Positions 1 through 9,016 of a DNA stretch of 64,000 nucleotides are shown piece by piece. The notes below the pieces were generated by a model, which worked only from the letters and a program-made list of their open reading frames with translations, searched no databases and had not been told where the DNA came from. This DNA comes from Clostridia bacterium (GTDB taxonomy: Bacteria; Bacillota; Clostridia; Christensenellales; DTU072), in NCBI GenBank assembly GCA_035409945.1, contig DAONQC010000005.1, forward strand, positions 57,075-121,074. Direction: 5' to 3'. A program made the translations under genes and the position numbers. Positions within the stretch are counted from its first letter, which is position 1, and the number at the start of each line of letters is the position of its first letter.

Positions 1-138
1 TGGCTTTGTGGCCAGTTCTCTGGCCATTTGTTCCACATAACTTGTGGGAAGAGAATGCATAAGTGTGTAAATCACTAGCATGACAAAAAATAAAATAACC
101 GCACTTATCATTAACCTTTTCACTATAAACTTTAGCAT
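1..138 (-). CDS. Oligopeptide/dipeptide ABC transporter permease (OppB/DppB-like), N-terminal part only; runs off the window start
   Basis: Manual translation from ATG at 138: MLKFIVKRLMISAVILFFVMLVIYTLMHSLPTSYVEQMARELATKP, a typical OppB N-terminus; AAGGA RBS; lies downstream of a family-5 binding protein. Confidence 0.8.
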   Translation of the reverse strand, partial: MLKFIVKRLMISAVILFFVMLVIYTLMHSLPTSYVEQMARELATKP

Positions 139-256
139 CTCTTTTTCCTTATGTTGTATTTAATTAAAGAATAAAAATAATAGATTCTGACAATTCTCAG
201 AATCACATAACTTGCACATTAATGTTGTAAAGTGTGCTATCCTTAAGCACATTTAA

Positions 257-282
257 GGGAGAGACTCTTGCGAGTCCCTCCC
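257..282 (-). terminator. GC-rich stem-loop between binding-protein and permease genes (partial terminator or mRNA stabiliser)
   Basis: GGGAGAGACTC-ttgc-GAGTCCCTCCC, 10/11 paired, 25 bp after the stop at 307. Confidence 0.55.
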
Positions 283-306
283 AATTGAACAAGCTACATA
301 AAGTAA

Positions 307-3042
307 TTATGCCACTACTTTCATTTCAATGCCTTCGATATCGTTCATCCATCCCCAGAATGTTGTAATATCTGGTGTAATGCTATTTATATCTACTCTT
401 TCATTGTTGAAAATAACTGCATTCTTTCTTTGATACGTAGGTATTTCTACGCCCCAATCAATTATGGTGTCGAGGCACTCTTTATAAACGCCCTTTCTGT
501 AAGCTTGGTCTGCGCTTTCTCTTGCAGCCATAATCAAGTCGTCTAAATGAGTATCTTGAATTCCATAGTGATTGCTTTCAGTACTGCCTTCTAAACCAAC
601 AACATTAGAACTATGGTAGACCTGATACATGTCTGGATCTACTGTTGAGCCCCAGGCAGCTGTCCACATCTCTTGTGTATGAGCTTCTAGAGCCTTCCAA
701 AGCCGGTTAGAATCGGCTGGGTCATTAATATCTAATGTAATGCCAATGGACGCTAGAATCTCTTCTGCTTTTGTAATTATTGCAAATGCTGGGTGATCTC
801 CTTTTCCATCGCCAGGTACAATTATTTCATATTTTAGTTTCGCACCAGCTGGAGCTGCTGTAAATTTCCCAGTTGCTTCATCAAATGTAAATCCTGCGGC
901 CTTTAGGAAGCCAATTGCTGCTGTTTTTGCTGCCGCTTCTCTTGCCTGTTGATTCATCTCAGCTGTAAATATTGCTTTCCCATCAACATCGACTGAGAAT
1001 GCAAGTGCATAACCTTCGTCAGTTGGTTGAGGTGCAGCCCAAGATGTATTTGAAATTGGGTAGTTAATAACAGTTGCTCTCGGTCCATAATATGAGTTAA
1101 TAGCTGGCTCACGCCCTACTGCAAATATTGTTGCAAATGCCTTTCTCATATTCTTAGAAGCATCTGAATCTTTTACATCGCCAACTTTAACATTGTCAGC
1201 GTTAATTCCAATGTAGCCATATCCTAAATTGTCTACCAAGCTTGTATAAATTTTAGCTCCTGACATTTCTAATGGATTTTCTTCTACATTAATGTTGTTA
1301 GCTTGTTGGATTTGGGTAACTGCTGCAGAGTTAATGCTTGGATCAGTTACATCAAATGTCGATGCTATTGTTCCAGACACTTTGTCAGCATCTGCAGTTT
1401 CTTTGAATAGCATTGTTGTTATTTTTGGACAACCCTTGAAATAGTATCCGTTTCTTTCAAATCTTACAACACCTTGCTCAAACTCCACATATTTATATGG
1501 ACCTGCTCCCATTGGGGCAGTTGTCTTGGCTCTTACGCTAGAAAGATCACCTTTTGTAAATCCAAACTTATTTTCTGAATATTTGTATGCGGCTCTGCTT
1601 CCATAATAGTGGAGAGGAGTTACGCTTACGCCTAATTGATAAATTGCAGGAGCATCAAACTTGGTCATTTCAATTCTCATTGTATAATTACCAGTCTTTT
1701 GAATACCAGCAATATTCATAACTGCACCACCAGTCATAGCTTTTGGACCTTCTGTTCTGATGAATTCATTCTTGATTAGTGATGCGAAATCTGCACCAGC
1801 AGACTCTTTTTGTATTTCCGCAACATCATACCCATAAGCATTTTTTATGTTTGCCCAATAAGTATCAATGGTTGGGAATTCTGTATCCAAATTAAATACG
1901 GTGCCCATGCTATCTTTGAAGCCACCGTCAAACTCTCTGCCAAATCTAGTTCCAGCATATGCGGCTACTGCGGTAACCTCACCTTCTTCATCTTCCTCTG
2001 AGATATAAACGAGATCGGCGCTTGCAGTTTCAGCTTTTGCTTTGACATATTTTACATCAGCTACGGTAAAAGCTGGTTTTTCTGCGGTTGCATCTGCCAC
2101 ATATAGTGTTACGATTTCATCATCAATTTTTCCATATGTGCCATCTTCTGCTTCTGGATATTTGTATGTCCAACCACCGAAGTCCCACATTCTCATACCA
2201 TATGCCATTTGTAGCCCTTCATTTCCTGAAATGCTTTGTACGGTCAACGGTCCCATGTATGGCGCATAAGGTGCGCTGTTATATTTACTGAACACATAGT
2301 CAACTATTTCTTGTGTAAACTTAATTCCTGCTGTTTCAAATGCTGTACCGAAAAATACATCTCTTTGTTCTGCGGTAAATGCATCTGTTACTTCACCATC
2401 TTTTCCTGCAGCTAGTATTGCGTCTGCCTTTGCTGCGAATGTATCATAGACATCGCTAGTAACACCAGTTCTGTAATCATTCATCCCTTTAATTGGTAAC
2501 GCATAGAAACTTGAGCTTCCATCGTATGTTGGGTCAGATAACACATACATGGTAAATATTACGTCGTCTATTGTTAAATGCACACCATCACTAAAGAATA
2601 AGTCATCACGAATTTCAAAATCGTAATAAACTGGACCTTCTGTTGTTTGGGTTACTTTAACATTAGCAATTCCCTTGTAGACATAATCCTTACCATTGTA
2701 AGCTCTTGTCTCGCCTTCAATACCATTCATAACTACGGCACCAACTCTGTCGGTTGATATTAAACCAACTTGCGTCATTCCTGCCACATCAGCATCGTAT
2801 GCAGTTTTCGAGAAGAATGGGCTGAATTTGTTACTGAAATAACTATAGCCTACAACTAGCGTGTTACCACCAGAATATTCTGGATAAGCTATGGCAGGTG
2901 CGTCTTTTGTGACAACCTCATCCAAAGCGTTCGGCTCGACTGGAGCAGGTTCTTCAGGCTTCGGCTTACACGCGAATGCTGTCAGTGTCAAAATCAATGT
3001 GAAAATTAACACTATCGGCAAAAGAACTCTTAATTTCTTCAT
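307..3042 (-). CDS. ABC transporter substrate-binding lipoprotein, family 5 (OppA/DppA-like), unusually long
   Basis: Lipobox AFAC; FSDGVHLTIDDVIFT and PMGAGPYK motifs; AGGAGG RBS; adjacent permease. Confidence 0.9.
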   Translation of the reverse strand: MKKLRVLLPIVLIFTLILTLTAFACKPKPEEPAPVEPNALDEVVTKDAPAIAYPEYSGGNTLVVGYSYFSNKFSPFFSKTAYDADVAGMTQVGLISTDRVGAVVMNGIEGETRAYNGKDYVYKGIANVKVTQTTEGPVYYDFEIRDDLFFSDGVHLTIDDVIFTMYVLSDPTYDGSSSFYALPIKGMNDYRTGVTSDVYDTFAAKADAILAAGKDGEVTDAFTAEQRDVFFGTAFETAGIKFTQEIVDYVFSKYNSAPYAPYMGPLTVQSISGNEGLQMAYGMRMWDFGGWTYKYPEAEDGTYGKIDDEIVTLYVADATAEKPAFTVADVKYVKAKAETASADLVYISEEDEEGEVTAVAAYAGTRFGREFDGGFKDSMGTVFNLDTEFPTIDTYWANIKNAYGYDVAEIQKESAGADFASLIKNEFIRTEGPKAMTGGAVMNIAGIQKTGNYTMRIEMTKFDAPAIYQLGVSVTPLHYYGSRAAYKYSENKFGFTKGDLSSVRAKTTAPMGAGPYKYVEFEQGVVRFERNGYYFKGCPKITTMLFKETADADKVSGTIASTFDVTDPSINSAAVTQIQQANNINVEENPLEMSGAKIYTSLVDNLGYGYIGINADNVKVGDVKDSDASKNMRKAFATIFAVGREPAINSYYGPRATVINYPISNTSWAAPQPTDEGYALAFSVDVDGKAIFTAEMNQQAREAAAKTAAIGFLKAAGFTFDEATGKFTAAPAGAKLKYEIIVPGDGKGDHPAFAIITKAEEILASIGITLDINDPADSNRLWKALEAHTQEMWTAAWGSTVDPDMYQVYHSSNVVGLEGSTESNHYGIQDTHLDDLIMAARESADQAYRKGVYKECLDTIIDWGVEIPTYQRKNAVIFNNERVDINSITPDITTFWGWMNDIEGIEMKVVA

Positions 3043-3116
3043 CTCTTTTTTTCCTCCTATTTTTTATTTCCGTGCAGTGTATTCTTATTTTACACGGAAT
3101 TTTTCATATACTTATT

Positions 3117-3145
3117 ATTTTACAATAACAATTTATACATGTCAA
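3117..3145 (-). promoter_or_regulatory. Sigma-A-type promoter for the peptide ABC operon
   Basis: TTGACA-17bp-TAAAAT on the minus strand; a TTCCGTG...CACGGAA hairpin lies in the 5' UTR (3068-3099). Confidence 0.7.
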
Positions 3146-3263
3146 ACAACATTTTCTTGCAAACAATGTCGTTATTCGGCGCATCTAATGGATAATATCC
3201 AAAAATATGCAATAAAATACGATTAAGTCACTATTTAACGTGATATATGCATATTTACACGCT

Positions 3264-3438
3264 GTTTATACTTTCCATTTACAATTTATTTAGGACACTT
3301 GGAGACTTTCTTATTCGGTGAAATCTATACCGAGTGTTCCTTCACGATTATACATTAACGGCAAGTTTTACTTTCCTTTTACCACTTGGGGCGTTTGAAG
3401 ACTTTTTCTGATTCGGGAAGATCAAGTCCGAGTGTTCC
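3264..3438 (-). repeat. Decayed downstream copy (3264-3340) of the 3' end of the FAD oxidoreductase gene (3365-3438)
   Basis: Shared CCGAGTGTTCC, ATTCGG, AGACTTT and ACTTTCC.TTTAC at about 100 bp offset. Confidence 0.75.
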
Positions 3439-5169
3439 GCCTGGGTTCATAATGTTATCGGGGTCAAAGTGGTTTTTAAGTGCTTTAAATATATCTAATT
3501 GGTTGGAACCAATTTGTCCTTCAAGCCAGGGAGCAAATAGTTTGCCTATTCCGTGATGGTGAGACATTGCAGCGCCAGACGCTTGAATATGATCTAGTAT
3601 ACCCCTATGATAACTTACAAACTCGTCTATATCTGTCATTTTTGCTATGAATATGAAGTAAAGATTTGCACCCTGTGGATATGCATGTGATAAGTGAGTC
3701 ATGCAGAATGTGTTAGGACGGGATTTACAATATTTCCGTACAAACTGATGTACTTCTAACATATTATCCCAATTAACTGAACATTCCATAGTTTCTATCA
3801 TTACACCAAAATCTTGAAGATTATCTCTCATATATGGATCAGAAAATCTTCCATGTTCCCAGCCTTGTGTAACATATTTAGTTAAATAAAATCCACCATG
3901 TTTTTTGCAAATCTTCTTCACTTGCTTATGCATGTTTTTACAGAAATTCTTTTCACCATCTGTAAATCCTAAAAAGATACAGCGTTTATTTTCTTCGTAT
4001 CCTAAAGCTCTTAAGATTTTATCAGCTGGAGTGTCATGGTCGATTCCATACATTTGTAGCATTATGTTACTTTCTTCAGGGTCTGATAATCTAAACACTG
4101 AAGGAAAACCAAATTCTGCTTGCATAATTTCTTTTGCTGCCGCCACTCCACTTTCAAAGTCTTTGAATATGAAACTGAATTTATAATGGTTTTCTGGCAT
4201 CGCTCTGAATATCTTTAAGGTTACATTTGTTAAAATTCCAAATGCGCCCTCTCCACCTATCATTATTTGATTGATGTCTGGACCTGTTGCCTTTGCTGGA
4301 TAAGTATCAGTTTTAATGTTTCCTATGGGCGTTACATATTCTTGTCCTAAAACTATATGCTCAATTTTTCCATAGTATGTAGAGTTTTGCCCCGCCCCTC
4401 TCGTTACTACCCAACCACCAACTGAACTGTATTCAAATGATTGTGGAAAATGCCCACAGGTATATCTTCTTTTTGCACCATAAAGTTCAGGGGCATTGTT
4501 TAAAACGTGTTCTAAATCTGGGCCCATCATTCCAGCTTGCACTGTAATTGAATGGTTAGTCTCATTGAATTCTATAACTTTATTAAACCTCTTTCTCATG
4601 TCTAGAGTTATCGCACCTTTTCTCATAGGTTCCACACCTCTAGTAACTGATGAGCCACCTCCGTAAACATATATTGGAATTTTATCCTCTTTACAAATTG
4701 CCACAATTTTTTCAATATGTTCTGTAGTATCTGGATATATTACAAGATCTGGTACGTTTTCAATGATTTTATTTCTAAGCCTTAATATGTCTAGCATAGT
4801 TTTTCCATACGCTACACTAGCTCTCGTAAATGGATCTTGGCTTACAAACTCTTTTCCAACTACATCTTCAAATTTTTTAATTTGTTCCTTTGTGAGAGTG
4901 ATTGGAGAGTCAACTTCTACCTTTTCAAGCCCTGCAAATATTGGAGTTTTGAAATCTTCATCAGTCATACCAAAGCTTTTCTTTATCATTTTGTATAACG
5001 ATTCTCTGGGTGCTTTTGCTGCATCTGGATGTCCCCACTTAAAGAGACTTCTATATGATTTTTCTGGAGTTTCAACAATCCACGGTGGTTGATACCCTTT
5101 GTATTCTTTTAGTGGTACTTCATTTTGCGGTTTAGGTAACCACGGTTTTAATGGTTTTACTTTTGTCAT
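3379..5169 (-). CDS. FAD-binding oxidoreductase, alkyl-dihydroxyacetone-phosphate synthase (ADHAPS)/YgcU-like, VAO/PCMH family
   Basis: PDLVIYP, YGGGSSV, GHFPQSFEYSSVGGW, TGPD, GGEGAFGI, SHHHGIGK and DPDNIMNPG motifs. Confidence 0.85.
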   Translation of the reverse strand: MTKVKPLKPWLPKPQNEVPLKEYKGYQPPWIVETPEKSYRSLFKWGHPDAAKAPRESLYKMIKKSFGMTDEDFKTPIFAGLEKVEVDSPITLTKEQIKKFEDVVGKEFVSQDPFTRASVAYGKTMLDILRLRNKIIENVPDLVIYPDTTEHIEKIVAICKEDKIPIYVYGGGSSVTRGVEPMRKGAITLDMRKRFNKVIEFNETNHSITVQAGMMGPDLEHVLNNAPELYGAKRRYTCGHFPQSFEYSSVGGWVVTRGAGQNSTYYGKIEHIVLGQEYVTPIGNIKTDTYPAKATGPDINQIMIGGEGAFGILTNVTLKIFRAMPENHYKFSFIFKDFESGVAAAKEIMQAEFGFPSVFRLSDPEESNIMLQMYGIDHDTPADKILRALGYEENKRCIFLGFTDGEKNFCKNMHKQVKKICKKHGGFYLTKYVTQGWEHGRFSDPYMRDNLQDFGVMIETMECSVNWDNMLEVHQFVRKYCKSRPNTFCMTHLSHAYPQGANLYFIFIAKMTDIDEFVSYHRGILDHIQASGAAMSHHHGIGKLFAPWLEGQIGSNQLDIFKALKNHFDPDNIMNPGGTLGLDLPESEKVFKRPKW

Positions 5170-5401
5170 TTAAATTCCTCCTCGTAATATTGTAATTGTC
5201 TTTTAACCAGCATATGGCAAACTTCGACTTCTTATGTATGTTTGATTCATTTAATTATGTAGTTTGATTAAATTCATAATGTCATCGTCATTTAACCGTA
5301 AACTTTACTGGCTTAAGCTATATATTTATTCTAGTTGATTATTTAGTTTGATTTCATTTTTTTTCTAGCTTTTCTAAATCCATTGTTGTTCTTTATTTGT
5401 G

Positions 5402-6952
5402 CTAGTCTGCGCCAAAGTGTTTTCTTCTTACTTTTTCGATATTTTTGAAGATGGGCTTTAGTCTTGGGTAGCTTATCATATATACTTCATCAAATATTGC
5501 TTTGTATTTTTCATGGACTTCAGGGTTAGGTAGATATTCTTTACTCACGTGAACCATCTTTCTAACTGCAGTTTCATATGATGGATAGTGACCTATCCCT
5601 ACAAATCCACATATTGCAGCACCTAAGCCACTTGTTTCATATGTTTGTACCCTTTGGATAGGTAGTCCGAAAATATCTGCCGTTATCTGACATACTAGAT
5701 TGGATTGTGCACCTCCACCAGAGACCATCACTCTATTGATGGGAATACCCGATTTTTTCTCTAATTTGTTTTTTCCAGCAAGTAAGGAAAAATTGATTCC
5801 TTCAATTATTGCCCTATACACATGAAGCGTTGTATGCCTTTCATTGAATCCTATCATAGCACCTCTAGCTTCTGGTCTTCTGATTGATGGCGACCAGTAC
5901 GGTTCTACATATAGCCCTTCACATCCAGGTTCGATTTCTTTAACTAGTTCATCCAATTTCTTTTCTGAAACTGGACATATCTTGTCAGGATAAAAACGTT
6001 TAACAAACTCTTCCACAAACCAAGTTAATGTCCAATATCCTCTAAATATCATTATTTCAGGATTATATCTATCCTTATGTACTGCTGGATATGCAGGAAC
6101 AAACGGTGATGACTCTATGTATTTTTTACTAGAAATTTGAATAGTCGCAGTTGTGCCAAACGATATTGAAGCTACGTCTTCATCAATTGCACCAACTCCT
6201 AAGGTTTCACAGCCCTTATCAGAGCCACCTGCAACAAGTGGAAGACCTTCAGGTATTCCGGTAAGGAGAGATGCCTCTTTTGTAATATTACCAATTACAC
6301 TACCTGCTGGCACAATATCATAGAGTTTACTTTGTTCTAATTTGAAAGGTACAAACATTGTAGCTTTTGGGTCCGTCCATTTTCTTTTTTTATAATTCAT
6401 TGGAACGTGCCCAATAGTTGAAGCTATACTATCTACCAAGTTCCCAGTCAGCATATAATTTAGGTACGTGGAGTACATTACATACTTATCTGTTAATGCC
6501 CATATTTCTGGTTCGTTTTCTTTTATCCAGTTATATCTTGCCTCTTTCCGATTTTCTTCATACACCCTTTTCATTCCTAAGAGTTTTAACACTGCAGATG
6601 TAAAAAGGGGGGTCTTGTCAGGGCATTCGGCTTTTCTTCTATCTAGCCAGATAATACAAGGTCTAAGTGGCTTTCTATCTTTATCTAGGCATATACCCAC
6701 ATCCCTCATGGTAGTGACACAAACCGCAGCAATGTTTTCCCATTTATCTTCGTTTTCTTCCTTTAGTTTTTTGGACGCCGAACAGAATTTCTCCCAGTAT
6801 AGTTCGGGCTCTTGTTCTGCCCAACCTTCATACTTAGAAAAGTATGCTTCAAATGGTTCTCTGACTTTTGCTACAAGGTCACCTTTATCGTTGTATAACA
6901 TGGCTCTCGTGCTCTGCGTCCCACAATCAAATGTTAACATTAACTTTTCCAT
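5402..6952 (-). CDS. FGGY-family carbohydrate kinase
   Basis: N-terminal DCGTQSTRA, IIWLDRR, GGSDKGC, SFGTT and GGGAQS motifs. Confidence 0.9.
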   Translation of the reverse strand: MEKLMLTFDCGTQSTRAMLYNDKGDLVAKVREPFEAYFSKYEGWAEQEPELYWEKFCSASKKLKEENEDKWENIAAVCVTTMRDVGICLDKDRKPLRPCIIWLDRRKAECPDKTPLFTSAVLKLLGMKRVYEENRKEARYNWIKENEPEIWALTDKYVMYSTYLNYMLTGNLVDSIASTIGHVPMNYKKRKWTDPKATMFVPFKLEQSKLYDIVPAGSVIGNITKEASLLTGIPEGLPLVAGGSDKGCETLGVGAIDEDVASISFGTTATIQISSKKYIESSPFVPAYPAVHKDRYNPEIMIFRGYWTLTWFVEEFVKRFYPDKICPVSEKKLDELVKEIEPGCEGLYVEPYWSPSIRRPEARGAMIGFNERHTTLHVYRAIIEGINFSLLAGKNKLEKKSGIPINRVMVSGGGAQSNLVCQITADIFGLPIQRVQTYETSGLGAAICGFVGIGHYPSYETAVRKMVHVSKEYLPNPEVHEKYKAIFDEVYMISYPRLKPIFKNIEKVRRKHFGAD

Positions 6953-7096
6953 TTACTTTCTCCTATCGATATACATTGGTCTACTCGCGCGCATCTATTT
7001 TTTGACTCTTTGTTTGTTTTTGCTTTACCTTCCCTTAATTAGTAATTCGGCAAATATGGGCACCTATTGCCCATGGCATATTATATTTTTCACAAA

Positions 7097-7468
7097 CTAC
7101 ATTTCTTTATCGGTTATTATTCTAGTCATGTCAGACGTCGTTATTATGTCAGCACCTGTCCCACAAACATTTGATATTAATGTTGTCCCTATTGGATACA
7201 CTTTATCAATCACCACTTTGTTTATTTCTTCCATAACTTTAAAGATGTCTCCTTTAGGAATTTCCGTCGCCGTTCTAACTGAAACCACTGGCAACTCAGG
7301 GAAAATAGTCTTTACAGTAGTTGCTATAGTCCTGGTGGGATTTGTGACTTCTTTTTCACCAAATCTCTTGCCCCTTAAGCAATCGTTTCCTTCAACTATG
7401 ACTTCAGAATCTTTAATTTCAATTGTTAAAAAACATCCCTTTGGACATTCTATACAAGTTAAATTCAT
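7097..7468 (-). CDS. DUF1667-like small Cys-containing protein, partner of the adjacent flavoproteins
   Basis: CIECPKGC...GNDCLRG...EVTNPTR pattern; usual position in glycerol-3-phosphate oxidation trios. Confidence 0.85.
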   Translation of the reverse strand: MNLTCIECPKGCFLTIEIKDSEVIVEGNDCLRGKRFGEKEVTNPTRTIATTVKTIFPELPVVSVRTATEIPKGDIFKVMEEINKVVIDKVYPIGTTLISNVCGTGADIITTSDMTRIITDKEM

Positions 7469-7539
7469 TTCATCCTTCCTAAATTTATTTTCACTCGATT
7501 TTAATGACTGGTTTTGCTATATATCGGTTGATTGGTGCG

Positions 7540-7690
7540 TCGTTTGAGCTTTATCTATCACTATTAGTGCCTTATCTATAATTATTCGTAACTAACCATC
7601 GCTATTTGTGCCTTATTTATAGTTGTTTGCAACTATCCAACGCTGTTTGTATCTCAACCGTTGTTGTTTGCCTTATTTATCGCTAGTTGG
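7540..7690. repeat. Short degenerate repeats of the stop-codon region of the 424-aa oxidoreductase gene
   Basis: GCCTTAT(T/C)TAT core at about 7549, 7569, 7610 and 7670 (the last contains the stop); 41-bp period between 7569 and 7610. Confidence 0.6.
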
Positions 7691-8947
7691 ACATGCTTCT
7701 ACATTTTCAGCAAATAGTAAAACTTCTACCTGATCTCCTTTTTCTAACTTTAATGGTACTGAGATTTTTTCCATCTCTGGAGGTCTTAAAGCAATATATT
7801 TTTTAGTAAATACTTCCCCTCCGTTTACAGTAACTACTACTTTTGCTTTCAGCATATCTGTACTTGCTCTAAAAAAGAATGTAGTCTTTTCTTTTAGAGA
7901 ATTTATATCTATGTATTGTGGCACCAGGTACATGCACCCTTTAGAACCTACTTCTATTAATTCCCTTTTGTTTTCACTGCCTATATTTTTACCAGCAATT
8001 TCTGAAACTTCACTGACATAATCAACCAGGTCGTGCACATGTAACGCATTGCCTACACTATATATCCCATCTGTTAATGTCATCATGTTTTGATCTACAA
8101 ATGGCCCTTTTGTTCTTTTGTCTATCAATATATCTAAACTTTCTGCAATTTCGTTTTCGGGTATTAAACCAACGGAAACAATTAGTGCATCACACTTGAT
8201 ATATTCTTCAGTTCCTTTTATCGGATTCATCTTATCATCTACTGAGGATATCTCCACCTCTTCAACCCTTCTATTTCCAAACACTCTAGTCACTGTTTTT
8301 GAAAGATGAAGAGGTATATCAAAGTCAATTAAGCACTGTTGAATGTTTCTAGAAAGTCCACTAGGTGTAGATTTTGCTTCATATACGCCTATTACATCTG
8401 CACCTTCTAACTTTAGCCTTCTTGCCATAATTAAGCCAATATCACCACTTCCTAAGATGACACATCTCTTGGTGGGCATAAGTCCCATTAAATTTACAAA
8501 GTTCTGAGCATTACCTGCTGTCATTACCCCAGCTGGTCTATCCCCGTGAATATTGACTTGCCTTGCAGTTCTTTCTCTGCAACCATTTGCAAGTATTAAC
8601 CTTTTAGCTGCATAAGTTTTTATCCCAAGCTTTGATGTAGTTGTTACTACATATTGATCTTTTATCTTTTCAACTTTAATGACAAAAGTTAGGGTCTCAA
8701 GTTTTATATTTGGCTTTTGAAAAACCATTTGAATATACCTTTCTGCATATTCTGGACCTGATAGCTTTTCCTTAAACCTTACAAGCCCAAACCCATCGTG
8801 AATACATTGTTTGAGTATGCCCCCTGCACGCGCTTCTCTTTCAATGAGTAGCACTGAGTATTTTTCATCTACAGCTTCAGCCGCAGCGAGTCCCGCTGGT
8901 CCAGCTCCGATAATTATTACATCATATTTAATTATTTCTCTTGCCAT
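7673..8947 (-). CDS. NAD(P)/FAD-dependent pyridine nucleotide-disulfide oxidoreductase
   Basis: GAGPAG FAD motif, GGILKQCIHDGFG, GSGDIG second dinucleotide site. Confidence 0.9.
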   Translation of the reverse strand: MAREIIKYDVIIIGAGPAGLAAAEAVDEKYSVLLIEREARAGGILKQCIHDGFGLVRFKEKLSGPEYAERYIQMVFQKPNIKLETLTFVIKVEKIKDQYVVTTTSKLGIKTYAAKRLILANGCRERTARQVNIHGDRPAGVMTAGNAQNFVNLMGLMPTKRCVILGSGDIGLIMARRLKLEGADVIGVYEAKSTPSGLSRNIQQCLIDFDIPLHLSKTVTRVFGNRRVEEVEISSVDDKMNPIKGTEEYIKCDALIVSVGLIPENEIAESLDILIDKRTKGPFVDQNMMTLTDGIYSVGNALHVHDLVDYVSEVSEIAGKNIGSENKRELIEVGSKGCMYLVPQYIDINSLKEKTTFFFRASTDMLKAKVVVTVNGGEVFTKKYIALRPPEMEKISVPLKLEKGDQVEVLLFAENVEACPTSDK

Positions 8948-9016
8948 TTAGTATCCTTAACTTATGTTTTATGTCACCTATATTGACTATATATCGCGCA
9001 ACCTAAACGCTTAATT

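Noticed and set aside
6468..7547. 359-aa plus-strand ORF
   Set aside because: Antisense shadow of the kinase and DUF1667 genes; Ser/Phe/Leu-rich composition and no motif
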